The notes under the pieces: model-generated
The model's database searches: none
What the model saw: only the letters and a program-made list of their open reading frames with translations
What the model was told of the DNA's origin: nothing
Program-made: the position numbers and the translations under genes
Source: Camelus ferus
Taxonomy: Eukaryota
Length of the DNA stretch: 64,000 nucleotides
Assembly: GCF_009834535.1 (NCBI RefSeq)
Contig: NC_045697.1
Location: 4,342,001-4,406,000, forward strand
Direction: 5' to 3'
Part shown: piece after piece, positions 51,621 to 63,035 of the stretch
Layout: each line of letters opens with the position of its first letter
Position numbering within the stretch: the first letter of the stretch is position 1

Positions 51621-52284
51621 TTCATGTATGTTAACTCGTTTAACCCCCACCCAAAGCTGGAAGGTTATTAATATTATCAGCTCCCCTTTACAGATGAGGA
51701 AACTGAGGAAAGTTCAAGGTCAGTAAGTTGCCTAAGGTCACCAGCTAGCAAGTGGCAGAGCTGGGATCCAAAGCAGGCAGCCACGTTCCTGCAGCGGGCA
51801 TGAGCCTCAAGCTCCACCCTGGCGGGATCGCCTCTCCAACACTCTCAGACGTGCACAGCTGTCACGGGCACCGGGGTTACAACTTCCCAGAGCCGCATCT
51901 CTGGTAAGAATGTTTGTCCTCACGATGCTGAGCTGACACCTATCTCTCTGTGACGTCCAGGCCTGGGCCCACACACCACAAGTCCCATGTGCCAGGGAGG
52001 CCACTTTGGAGGAGAGGGATGGGCTCTGGGCCCCCACGTGGCTGCTTGCCCCCTGGGGCCCCCTCATCTCTAATGAGGACGACGGGGCCATACCTGCCTC
52101 GTAGGCTGGTCCTGAGGGCGTGCAGTGAGCAAGCGGTAGCAGTAGGAGTGGATTCACTGCAAAGCTAAGGACAGTGAAGCTGCAGGCGCCTCCAAGGCCT
52201 GGGACGGCCTGAGCTATGCATTCAGGGGGCCACGTTGTTTTGAAAATTTAGTAAAAGCAAGATATTTTAGCCACATTTGGCTAA

Positions 52285-52645
52285 GCCCCCTGCCAGGGCT
52301 GCCATAACAAAGCACCACAGACTTGCTTTCTCATGATTCTGGAGGCTCCGAACCCAAGATGCAGGTGTGGACAGGGCTGGTCTCCCCGGAGGCCCTTCTC
52401 CTCGGCTTGCAGACAGCCGTCTTCCCGCCGCATCCTCACATGGCCTTCCTGTTCTGCATGTCTGTGTCTTAGTCTCCTCTTCTCATAAGGACATCAGTCA
52501 TATCGGATTAGGAGCCACCCTTAAGACCTCATTTACCTTAATTAGCTCATTAAAGACCTTATCTTTAAATACAGTCAGTTTGAGGTGCTGAGGGTTAGGG
52601 CTACAACATACGAATTTTAGGCGGACACAGTTCAGCTCGTAACAC
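52285..52645 (-). mobile_element. MaLR LTR (MLT1A-like)
   Basis: GGGCTGCCATAACAAAGCACCACAGACT...TCTCATAAGGACATCAGTCATATCGGATTAGG...CACAGTTCAGCTCGTAACA. Confidence 0.85.
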
Positions 52646-52772
52646 TCACTGTCTCTTTCCCTCTGACCTGTGCTCATACTTCCTCTCACATTGGGAGGTA
52701 TGGGGGTGGCTGAAGGCATTTGGGGGATGTAGCTAAAGGGAAGTTGAGTCAAGGATGTCTTAATGTGAGTTT

Positions 52773-52910
52773 TTTTTTTAAAAAAGTTTTAACTATTTAT
52801 TTTTTTGGAGGGGGAATCAGTTTACTTATTTAGATGGAGGTACTGGGGATTGAACCCAGGACCTCACGCGTGCTAAGCACACACACGATCACTGAGCTAT
52901 ACCCTCCCCC
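52773..52910 (-). mobile_element. Camelid tRNA-derived SINE (Vic-1-like) with imperfect TSD
   Basis: Reverse complement GGGGGAGGGTATAGCTCAGTG...GTGCTTAGCACGCGTGAGGTCCTGGGTTCAATCCCCAGTACCTCC plus an A-rich tail, with pol III A/B boxes. Flanks TTAATGTGAGTTT and TTGGTGTGAGTTT. Confidence 0.9.
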
Positions 52911-53944
52911 TTGGTGTGAGTTTAGTGGGATATGTTTATATGGTCCTCAGCCAATCTGTGGCGGTCATGTTATTGCTCCCTGAGCAAGCACAATGGCTTC
53001 CAGGTGTGCCCTCCCTCACTGTGTGCCAACCCAGGGGTATGTGACACCGGAGGACATCAGTAGAGAAGGAATGGGGTTTAAGAGGTAAGTCTTCCAATGG
53101 GGAGACCTGGATTTGCAGACCTTCAGAGTCACAAGGCAACCTTGGAATCACCTAATCCAGGACCTGACAGGTCTCAGCAGACACTGGAATCACCTGGGGG
53201 CACTTAGTAAAATACTGATTCCTGGGCCCAGCTATTCTGAGGCCCCACTTCAGTGGGATGCAGAGGAGCCCGGGCATCTGCACTTTTCATATGCTTTCCC
53301 CATGTGCCTGTGAGGGGCACTGAGGTTTTAGAAGCGCTGACAGAGTCATCTTCTGGAAGATTTGTTTGAATTTGTACAATTGCATTTATCCTGAAAATTA
53401 ATAAAATCATGATCAGGAAACTAAAAAAAACTAATTCCTCTAAATATTGGTGTCCATTTATGAAAGAATGGTAGTAGTTTTCCTAAATTTGACAACAATC
53501 CTAAAAATGTACATGACTAGTAATAACGAGTTATGAGGCTGAAAGTACGTTTTCTAATTAACGTTTTTAAAAAAATCCATCATTAGAGAAGTAACTTGAA
53601 TTGTCTTTCTAATTTTTCCATAGAAACAATATTGCAAAATTATTATCCTGTGAAGAGACAATCTAAAAGGTGAAAAAGCCCAAAAAAGTAGAGGACTATA
53701 TTATAAAGGTGGATATCAAGTAGTTAATTTAAAAATCACTGTACTATTTTTCTGGACTTTGTAATGTTTGCTTTCTGACAACTTGAAAGTTTCAAACATT
53801 TGTTGTGATTTTTTCAATTATTCTAAATAAATGTTCGCTTTTATACCTAATTTTGTACTGTAATTTTAAAATTTTCTTTTCTTAAAGAGGACCTCCCAAT
53901 TTGTGGAAACTCCAGGTCCTAGGAAACCTGGTCCACCACTGCTA

Positions 53945-54850
53945 GTTGCCTGCTCAAAATCTACTCTCCCCTCTTCCTCACTGATAGAACCCTGGTTTAG
54001 TTTCAGGCAACAAAGAACACTCCTTAATTTTTTTTTCTTTTTTTAATTTCCATGAAGCCAGAGATGGCATGTGACACTGACCTGGTCCAAGAACAGAGGT
54101 CTCTGGGAAGAGTTTCCAGGAAAGTGGCTAAAGGGAACCAACTCAGTTGGGTGTGTCTTTTGTCCTCTATCCTCTATAATCTTGACTGGAATAGTGATGT
54201 GATGCTGGAGATAGGGCAGCCATCTTGTCACCAAGAGGATACTATGAGGAAGAAAATTACATGCTGAGGATGAAGGAATAAAAGAGGACAAATAAGGGAC
54301 AGCTTACCTTTGGGTTTCTTGTTGAGTGAGAAAAAAAAATACTTCATTTGTTTAAGCCACTGTAGAGTTGGCATTTTGATTACTCACAGCCAAATATAAT
54401 CCCTAACTAATATACATGTATCAACGTATACCAAACTAAGTGGCTTAAATAAGAGAAATTTGTTGTTTCTCAATTCTAGAAGCTAGAAGTCTGACATCAA
54501 GGTGTCAGTATGGCCATGTGCCCTCTGAAGGGACCAGGGAAGGATCTGTTCCAGGGCTCTCTTCTAGCTTCTGGGGGTTTTCTGGCAATCTTTGGCCTTT
54601 CTTGGCTTATTGATGCATCACCCCAATTTCTGCCTTCATGTTCACATGACACTCTCCCTGTGTGTGGATCTCTGTGTCTAAATCTCCCCTTTTTATAAGG
54701 ATACCGGTCATATTGGATAAAGGCCCACTCCCACTCCAGTACAATCTCATCTTAACTAATTAATCTGCAATGACCCTGTTTTGAAATAAGGTCGTATTCT
54801 GAGATACTGGGAATTAGGACCTCAATGTTTGACTTTTTTGGAATGTGATT
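53945..54850. mobile_element. Two adjacent MaLR LTRs (old MLT1K-like on plus to ~54415; MLT1B/C-like on minus to ~54850)
   Basis: TTGTTTAAGCCACTG...CCTAACTAATATA, then AGTGGCTTAAATAAGAGAAATTTG...ATCAAGGTGTCAG...ATTCTGAGATACTGGGAATTAGGAC. Confidence 0.75.
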
Positions 54851-55039
54851 CTACTCTTAGCATCAGGGTCCAGCCTGATGCCTCCTCTCTCCAGCCCATG
54901 TCTTGAGCAAGTCTTGCCAATTCGATTGCCTGACCCTCTCTGATGTTTCTCTTCCCTTGTTACCAAAGCCACGTCCACCCACCTTTTTGATCTACACTTT
55001 CCTCCTTCAGTCTGCAATCCATAGACAGCCAGTGCATCT

Positions 55040-55425
55040 GTTAATGAGAGTCTCAGATCTGTTCAGATTTTCCATGTTTCCTCATCTACTTAGAACATGA
55101 GACGTCTGCACTTCTCCGCCCTGATTCAAGTCAGGCATGGCCATGTGACTTGCTTTGGCCAACAAGCCATGAGGGAAAGTCATGTGTCTCTTCCAAGTGG
55201 AAGCTTTAAAAGCCAGTACAGTTTGCCACCTTTCTTGCAAACTGCCAAAAATATTGTGGGGACACAGTTTAAGATAGAGCCTCCATGGGCTTGGGCTCCT
55301 GATTCACTAGAGCAAGCAGAGCCCCCTGCTGGCCCAGGGGGAATGTGTAGTGTGAGCAAGAAACAAGACAATGAGATTTGGGTTTGTTTGTTACCCAGGC
55401 TTAACATAGTTTATCCTGACATGTA
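55040..55425 (+). mobile_element. Old MaLR LTR (MLT1-like)
   Basis: GGCATGGCCATGTGACTTGCTTTGGCCAA...TGTAGTGTGAGCAAGAAA...GAGATTTGGGTTTGTTTGTTACC. Confidence 0.7.
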
Positions 55426-56149
55426 CATTCTAAATATATAAATCTGACAATGGTCCTACAGACCACTTTCCCTAGTGAGACAGTCTAGGGATAAACTCCA
55501 AATTCTTTCCCATAGCCTACAAGATCTGCTGAGTGCTGGCCTCTGCCAACTCTCCCACACACCTCTTTGTAGCCCAGAGATAACCACTTTCTTTGATTCT
55601 CAAATATGCCACATTTTCCTCCAGTCAAGGTGTTTACCTGTGCTGTTCCCTTCTCTTTGCTAGAATGTAATCTCTAGGAGGGCAGCTGCTTGCTCTCTGC
55701 TCACTGTGGCATCTCTAGATCTTAATGGCCACCTGGTACACAGGACGTGCTCGATAAATATTTGCGACAAGAAACTGAATGAATGAATCTTTGCCTCGCT
55801 AAGTCCTTCCCTTCCTTCAGGCCTTATCTGGGGCATGACAAGGTTCATCTTAACTATTGTTTGGTGATGCTGTTTTGCCTAGTGGTGAAAGCTCTGGGCT
55901 CAGGAGTAAGACGCCTGGCTCTGCCGCTTGCTGACTGTGTCACCTTCAACATTTTTCTTTAACCTCTGACCTTCAGATTTCCATCTATACAAAGGGGGAA
56001 ACACAGTACCCGTGGTGATTGTGTCTTCAGGACCACCAATGGCCCAGAATGGCCACACCTCCAGGTTATGTATACACTCCACACAAACTGGGTGTGAGCC
56101 CCCTGAGGGCAGGAACGAGCTTCCTGGGGCCCTTAGCCCTAAGTGGAGC

Positions 56150-57620
56150 CAGAAGCCGCTCTCAGGGGCAGCTCCGATCCAGCTGGCAGCTAGACCCGGC
56201 GAGGCTGGAAGGCTCAGCGGTGGGACTCCAGCCCCTCCCTGGCGGGGGCCGCGGGGCCCACTGCGCACGCTCATGCCTCCTGGAAACTCCTCTCAAGGCA
56301 ACAGAACCGCTCCCGGCATTAGCCCGGGGCGGGGGTGGGGCAAACGCCCGGCCCTCCCCTCTGACTGGCAGGAGGACGGACCAACCGGAGGGGTGCTCCG
56401 GGTGAGGGGCGGGGCTGCGCTGCGAGCCCGGAGCCCCGCGGCCCAGCGAGCTGCATCCGGGAGTGTGCGGCACGCGCCGGCCGGCTGCCCGGAGCACTGC
56501 CACCGGCATCGCTGCACCTCGACCCCCGCCCCGCCGAACCGCACGCGCCCGTCAGCCCGTCTTCCTCATTTGCTTCTTACGATTTTTTTTTTGCATGCAT
56601 CCTTTTTCTGTTCCGTCTTGTCCTTTTTAAGGCGGGGGCGGCGGCAGCGTAAGCTCGGGGCGGGGAGGGGGCGGCCGGAGGATGCGGCGCGGGGCTGCGC
56701 TCGCTACGCCCGCTGCTGCTGCCCGGCTCGGGCCTGAGCGCCGAGCAGGTGGGTACAGGTGCGCCGGGGGTGGGAGGCGGGAGACGCGTACAGGCCAGAG
56801 GGGACCCGCGGACCCCGCAGCCGATGGGCTGACCCAGCGGCAAGGGACGCAATGACCGGTGCTGCCCCGCCCCATCGCCCACCTTCCCCTCCCTCATCCA
56901 GTCTTCGTGCCCCCTTCTTATCCCGCTGCCACTCTTGCATCTCACCTCTGAGGTGCCCCACCCTTCCGTTCCCATCCCCCCACTCCCCTCCAAATCCCTC
57001 TGGCAGCACCTCCCAGCCTGGGGACTCGGTATCGCCTCCCTACCTACGCCCCCTTCTTCTCCCGCCCCCAGCCCTCCTTTCTTCCTCACGCCACCCCCAT
57101 TTCCACTCCTCTCCCTATTCCGCCCCCAAGCTAAGGAGGGGGAGGGGGACCCACCAGGTCCTTCGGGAGTGGCCCTGGGGGGGCGTGGCCGGCCGGTTCC
57201 CTGTGTGTCCCACCCACTGAGTAGGTATGGGTTCCCCGATCTCGGCTGAGATGTCACAGAGAATGGAGCCCGGGGCCGCGCCGTGGCGGCAGGGGGCCGA
57301 GAGGGCGAGGCTGCCCTACCCGCACCCCCACCCTACGTACAGCACACGCTACCGCGGCTCCTGCCACGCACACCCCCACGCTGCTCCGCCCACGTGGGCG
57401 CCCGGGAGGAGGCTGCCGAAATGGGAAGAAAGGCTGGTACCCACCCTCCTGCCGGGCTGGCGCGCCCTGGGCGCACTCGGCCTGCGGAGATGGCGCACAG
57501 GGATTGGCTCCCGCGGGGCTGGGCACCTTACCGGACGCCCTGTGTTATGGCCAGTGTGTTCCGTACCTGCGTTAGTGAGCCGCGCCTTCCTTCGCGCCTG
57601 GCCCCCTCGCTCCATCACTC
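56150..57620. promoter_or_regulatory. JAKMIP1: CpG island / JAKMIP1 promoter extending into intron 1
   Basis: Dense CpG. GC boxes at ~56326-56340 (GGGGCGGGGGTGGGG) and 56406-56414 (GGGGCGGGG) upstream of the exon. Confidence 0.85.
56450..56748 (+). other. JAKMIP1: JAKMIP1 (Marlin-1) non-coding first exon (5' UTR); intron 1 continues past the window end
   Basis: GGAGGATGCGGCGCGGGGCTGCGCTCGCTACGCCCGCTGCTGCTGCCCGGCTCGGGCCTGAGCGCCGAGCAG|GTGGGT matches my recollection of the human JAKMIP1 5'UTR. Donor GT at 56749-56750. Lies in a CpG island, head-to-head with WFS1 as in human. The start is approximate. Confidence 0.8.
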
Positions 57621-60600
57621 CATCACTCCATCGCTCCACCACTCCACCCTCCTTGCTTCGGGCTCCTGAGGATCCAGCCTCGTCATCCCTGATTGAGGCT
57701 GCTTCCCAGGCAGGAGTCTTTCGTCTGAAAGCATGCCCCGCCCCCCACCAACACCTCCCCTCCCCACACACTCTCGTCTGCCCTTCTCCTGACGTCTTGG
57801 CCGGCCTGGGCTCCCCGCCAGCCTCTGCCCAGCTCTTTAAGCTCCAGAGATACTGTATCTGACCGCTAGTCCTCCTCCAGCACCCCCACCCTTTCTGTGC
57901 ACACTCACAGGCACACTGTCCTTGGCCTTTGCTGTTGCTGTTCCCTCTCTGGGAACGCTGTTCCTTCAACTGGACAGCTCCTTCTAGAACAAGGTCAGGG
58001 AGAGCCCCTTGCCCCGCCTGAGCCTCCTGTGTGGCAGAGCTGGACACATGCTGTGGCATCTGATGGCCTCTGCCTCCCAGACCAGACTGAGAGCTCTTGG
58101 GGGCCAGGGGCAGCATCAGCCCCTCACAGAGGGCTCCACCCAGAGTAAATATCAGGCCTAAGGAGGTCCTCCTCTCAACTCAGGGTGACCCACTGGTGTG
58201 GGCGCGGCTGTGGGAGGACCTGGCTTCTCCAAAACCTTGGGGAGGTGGGTGGGTGGCGCTTCCGTGAGCTGGGATGAACGTGGAGGAAGGGAAGGTTTGG
58301 GGAAGGGGGGGGGTTGGGCAATCAGGATACCCCTTCCCAGGATGCTTGCCCAGCAGGGCATCCCACTTCGGGAGTTGCTGCTCTGAGAACACTTGGTTTT
58401 ATACAGCTCTATGGAGGCTGGTGGACGGTTGCAGAGATTTTGTTGTTGAGGCTCCTGCGTGTGGTCTGTAAAGCTGAACATCTCTGCTGAGTCTGAGGGT
58501 AACTCTTGCCTTGAGTCTTACCACAGAGAGAAGCCCTTCTGAGGGTCCAACAAATGAGCTCATTGACATCTTCTTCCTTCACAAACCACACATGGCTCCC
58601 CCTGGCTCCCTGACCTCAAAAGTTTCTGACATCCTGGCTTCCCTGGCCCACCTCTCCCTCTCCACACTGTCACCCTCAGCCACACGTGCCACTTCTGTGC
58701 ATCTTCACTCTTAGGTTTTCCCCACATGCTGTGTTTTCTCCCAGAAATGTTCCCCTTCTTTGTCAGGAGAACTCCTATTCATACGATGAGGCCCAGCCCT
58801 CATGTTACTTCTTTGTGGTGTTCCTCGACTCTGCCAAACGGATTGTGTGGTTCTGTCATCTCTCATGGAACCTCATATCTATATGTTGTGTAATATTTGT
58901 GTCCTTTTTCCCTAAGGAGACCTTGCCCACCAGAGACAAGGGGCACAGTGAGGTCTGAGGGGCAGCCCCTCTTTGGTAGGGCTCCATTGTCCTGGCACCC
59001 CCACTGTCAGCGCTGTAAGAGAGACATGCAGCAGAAGGAACAATTTCTGAGGAGGGCATAAACCAGCAGTGATTGGCGCTGTGTGCTATGGCGATTTGCT
59101 TACCTCCCCGAGGATGGGGCCCTGCCTGTCTGCAGGCTCTGAAGCCAGACTGCCTGGGTTCCCACTGAGGCCCTGCCCCTCACTCAGCTGTGATTGGCCA
59201 AGCACTTCCCACCTGGGCTTTCTAACTAAAACAGGTGCCTCCCTCAGAGAGACTGGGGGTTACCGCAGGCAGTGTATCCTGGTTCTTCTTGGCCGGCCTC
59301 CTCTGTGGGGGGTGGTTGAGCCAACCTGCAGGGCTCCTGAAGTTGGGCTGACCTGTATCCTCTTCCTTCTGGCTGTGTGATCTTGGGCAGGAGGATTAAC
59401 TTCTCTGAGCCTCCATATCCTGTACAAACCAGGGCGGTGGTCTCTCTTTGGCTGAGTTGGTGTGAGGATCCGAAGTGTGGTTTCTGGGCATTGGAGACAC
59501 TTAAACAAGTGGTCATGATGATGAGGGAGTTGTGGGATGAGTGACTTAAAAAAAGTAAATCCTTTAGCTTTGTCACAGACCAGACCCCCTAGTTGGAGGC
59601 CTTGTTTGTTCTTCATGAGCAAATAACATTAGACCAATAAGTTAAATATTCAACAACTGGGGATGAAAGATGAAGGGGTGGGTGCCATGTTGGTAGTGCG
59701 AATTGTGCAGACTTGGCCGAGAAGGTGCCGAGAGCTATAGGTAAAAATCCTGAACTCAGAGCCCACTGGTCTCTGAGCAGTTCCTCTGATGCCTGTCTCA
59801 TCTAGACTTCTTTCCTGCTCAGTGCGGGGGTGCAGCGATTCCAGTAATTTCCAACCAGTTCTTAGCAAAATTCTTAATGGAACTAATGATCATAAACAGT
59901 GGTCACCAGCTAGGTGAGGCCATCTCTGTGGGAACAAGGCAGGGTCAGAGGAGCTGCGTTGCAGACCAGTTCAGACTTTCCTGACTGTGTGACCCTGGGT
60001 CAAATCACTTAACCTCTCTGTGCCCAGTTCCTTTTCCTGTGATATTCACATAAGGACAATAGATAGCTCTCTATCTATCATTACTTCAACTCCGACTCCT
60101 GCCATGAATGATCTCATTTCAACTGCACAGCATCAGGCAGGGTAAGTATTATGTGAGCACCTAACAAGCAGAGGTGCATCTGGAGGTGGAGGCGGAGATG
60201 GGAACTAACCAGTGGGAGGGCCTCTCGCTTTGGAGCTTAGGTGTTGCTCTGGGAAGCACATTGATTCCTCCAGTGGAAAGACAGCCTTCCTGCCAGGCTG
60301 GTGTGAGAAATGAATCAGAGGAGCCTTCTCGGTGCTTTTAATAGAAACACGTTACCTGAAAGCCAGTGGTGGCTGTTGGTGTTGCTGTAGCATGAAGCTC
60401 AGAAAGAGACCCCGAGGCTGGCCAACAGGGGGACCTTGGCTTGTCACTCTAGCCCTGAATGTCTTCAGAAAAAGCTTTCTTTGCCTATGCCTTTCTAAAG
60501 CCAGATGGACAGCCCAGGAACCGGACCGTGTGTCAGCAGGGAGAGGCAGGGATAAGGAAGGGGGCCCTGGGGTCCTCATTGCTGTGAAGGGCAAGGGTCA

Positions 60601-60914
60601 GGAGCCCCTCCTGTGGGAGGTGGGTGGGGCAAGAGCACTTGCGGGGGAGTAGCCTAGGAGGTAACTAACATGGGAATCAACCTGAAAGCAGCAGGGGGCG
60701 GGGGGTGCTCCCCCAACTCAGAGTGAGGGAGGGGCCAGCTCCCCAGTGGGGACAGGGTTTCTGATCTTATCTTTTTGGTGATGGTATTTATTTTGAGAAC
60801 CACCACAAGGAGTACTGCACCTCTCACTGGTCTACAGAAATGAATGGAGATAAATGCTGTTTTTCTTAATTCTAACCGTTATTTGCTAGGCACTTATCAA
60901 GTGCCAGGCTGTAT

Positions 60915-61115
60915 GCCAGGATTTGGCAAGCTATGGCACATCAGCCTGCTGCTTGATTTTGTAAGTAAAGTTTTATTGGCACACAGCCATGCCCATTTGT
61001 GTCCATATTGTCTATGGCTGCTTCTGCCCGGTTATTGGCTAGTTGGGCAGTTGGGGCAGACACCTGTAAAGCCAGAAACATTACTACCTGGCCCTTTACA
61101 GAAGTTTGCCGCCAC
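60915..61115. mobile_element. MER58A-like element in JAKMIP1 intron 1
   Basis: GTAAGTAAAGTTTTATTGGCACACAGCCATGCCCATTTG...CTGGCCCTTTACAGAAGTTTGCC. Confidence 0.8.
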
Positions 61116-62589
61116 CTTGTCTGTGCTCTCCCTGAGTTGAGTTCATTCAGTCCTGGGCACAGCCCCAGAGGGAGGCTGCCTCTCCCATTTTATAGGTGGG
61201 CGCAGTGAGGCTCTGAAGCCTGCCCAGGGTCATAAAACTGGTAAGTAGGGGAGCAGGAATCTGAACCCAAGCAACCAAGGCTTTTTTTTTTTTTCAGGGC
61301 AGGGGAGGAATTTATATTTTTTATTAGCTTCTAATTGAATCTTATCATGTTTAGGGGATGGGGTCAGTATGATATCTGTTTTTAAAAGTTCGACAATTTC
61401 TTAATGTCCTGGTGCCTGTCAATTTTTAAAACATCTTTGTGTTAAATAGATATTATTTAATATTTAATAATGATTAACATGTTAACCATTTTTAAGGGTA
61501 CAGTTCACTGGCATTATATACAATGTTGTGCAACTATCTTCACCATCCATCTCCAGAACTTTTCCATCACCCCAAACTGGCGGTCCGCCTTCTTAACTGC
61601 AGGTCCCACGCTGCCTTGTGGGAGTCTGTAGAAGAGAGCAAGCAGTAGCAGCATCGTAATTTTGCGCCAGAGGCTTTGAAGGCAGCCTTGGGCTTGAGCA
61701 CTGGCTCTGCTATTTACTGTCCATGGATGATCATCTGTGTGCTCTAAACCCTCTGTAGCCCAGTGTGCTTATTTGTCAAATGGGAATAACCCCAGTCCCC
61801 GTCCCTGCAGACCACGTGGGTGTGAGGGCGAAATAAGGAACAGAGGTGAAGGCCCAGCTTCGTGTAGTGGGCGGTAGCTATGATGCTGTTCCCTGGAACA
61901 GCCGCACCCCAGTCAGGTGTTAGGTCAGTCTGTCCTCCCTGTGTGGCTCCTGGTGTCCCCTTTATCCTTTCCAGGTCTTGGAATCATCCTGGGGACCCAT
62001 CATGCATCCTAAAGCCCCCGACTGGACCTCGGAGGACCTCCGTGCTGTGTAGAAGCAGATTTTCTGCTGTCCTCTCCCCCTCCGTGGCCCAGACTTGGCT
62101 GAAGGGCCACTTTAGGGAATGAAAGGAGGTTCTGTTGCAGCCATCCAGGGACTGCCAAGGGCTGCCTATTGTGGCAGTAATGCCCTTGTGTGTGCCAGGT
62201 CAGGGGATGCGCTGGCTCTGCCCACCAGCCCCCACCCCCTGACCAGCCTCCACCTCGGCTGCATTTGGATTCAGGAGCCCTGGACTGGCCCCTGATCCCT
62301 TCCTTAGGGCTGCAGGGGGTGGGACACACTGCTGAGGAGTGTCCTGCTTCTTTTGGGGGACAGGAAGACCGGGAGGATTACGCATCGATGGTGGAGGCAG
62401 GAGTGGTCTGGTAAAGTAGCTTTCTGCTTCTTTTACCTTTGGAACATCTGTCTTCTCTCTGTCTCCTTTCTGTCCTGATGCTTCTGGAGGCTGGTCACTC
62501 CTATCTGCCTTCTGACACATAGGGTTTTATTTAACAGTCCCATAATCCGACTCTTCCATTGAAACAATTCTCTTTTCTTCCCCTCCTCC

Positions 62590-63035
62590 CTTTTTTTATT
62601 GAGCTGAAATTCATACAACATGAGATTCCTCATTTTAAGGTATACAATTCAGTGGCATTTAGTATATTCACAATGTCATGTAGCCAACACCTCTATCTAG
62701 TTGCAAACCATTTTTCATCACTCACAAAGAAAACCCCCTCCCCGTGAAGCGGTCACTCCTCCTTCCCCAGCCCCTGGCAACCACCCATCTGCCTTCCGTG
62801 CCTTTGATTTCCCTTTTCTGGAATTTCATATACATGGACTCACATGCTATGTGGCCTTCTGTACTTGGCTTCTTTCCCTCAGCGTAATGTCCTCAAGGTT
62901 CATCCAGGTCGTAGCTTGTGTCACCTGCTTCAGTCTTTTCTAAGACTGAATACTATTCTGTTGTAAGGATGGACCACATTTTCTGATCCATTCATTTGCT
63001 GATGGACACCTGGGTGGTTCCACCTTTAGGCTGTT
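62590..63035 (-). mobile_element. L1MB-like 3' end in JAKMIP1 intron 1
   Basis: TTTATTGAGCTGAAATTCATACAACAT...TATACAATTCAGTGGCATTTAGTATATTCACAATG...CCCCAGCCCCTGGCAACCAC. Confidence 0.85.

Larger units (their letters stand above)
52140..53941 (+). mobile_element. hAT-Tip100 (Zaphod-like) DNA transposon remnant carrying nested insertions
   Basis: Left end CAGTAGGAGTGGATTCACTGCAAAGCTAAG; right end ...CAGGTCCTAGGAAACCTGGTCCACCACTG. Transposase-like ITSYEAESTFS (53523-53555) and LNCLSNFSIE. Confidence 0.65.

Noticed and set aside
52835..52910. tRNA-like sequence on the minus strand
   Set aside because: It has an A-rich tail and TSD and a degenerate cloverleaf, so it is a SINE head rather than a tRNA gene.
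56012..58116. Overlapping 200-255 aa ORFs around the JAKMIP1 CpG island (similar clusters at 2.1-3.1 kb and 41-42 kb)
   Set aside because: Stop-codon scarcity in CpG islands yields long ORFs on both strands. None resembles a known protein.
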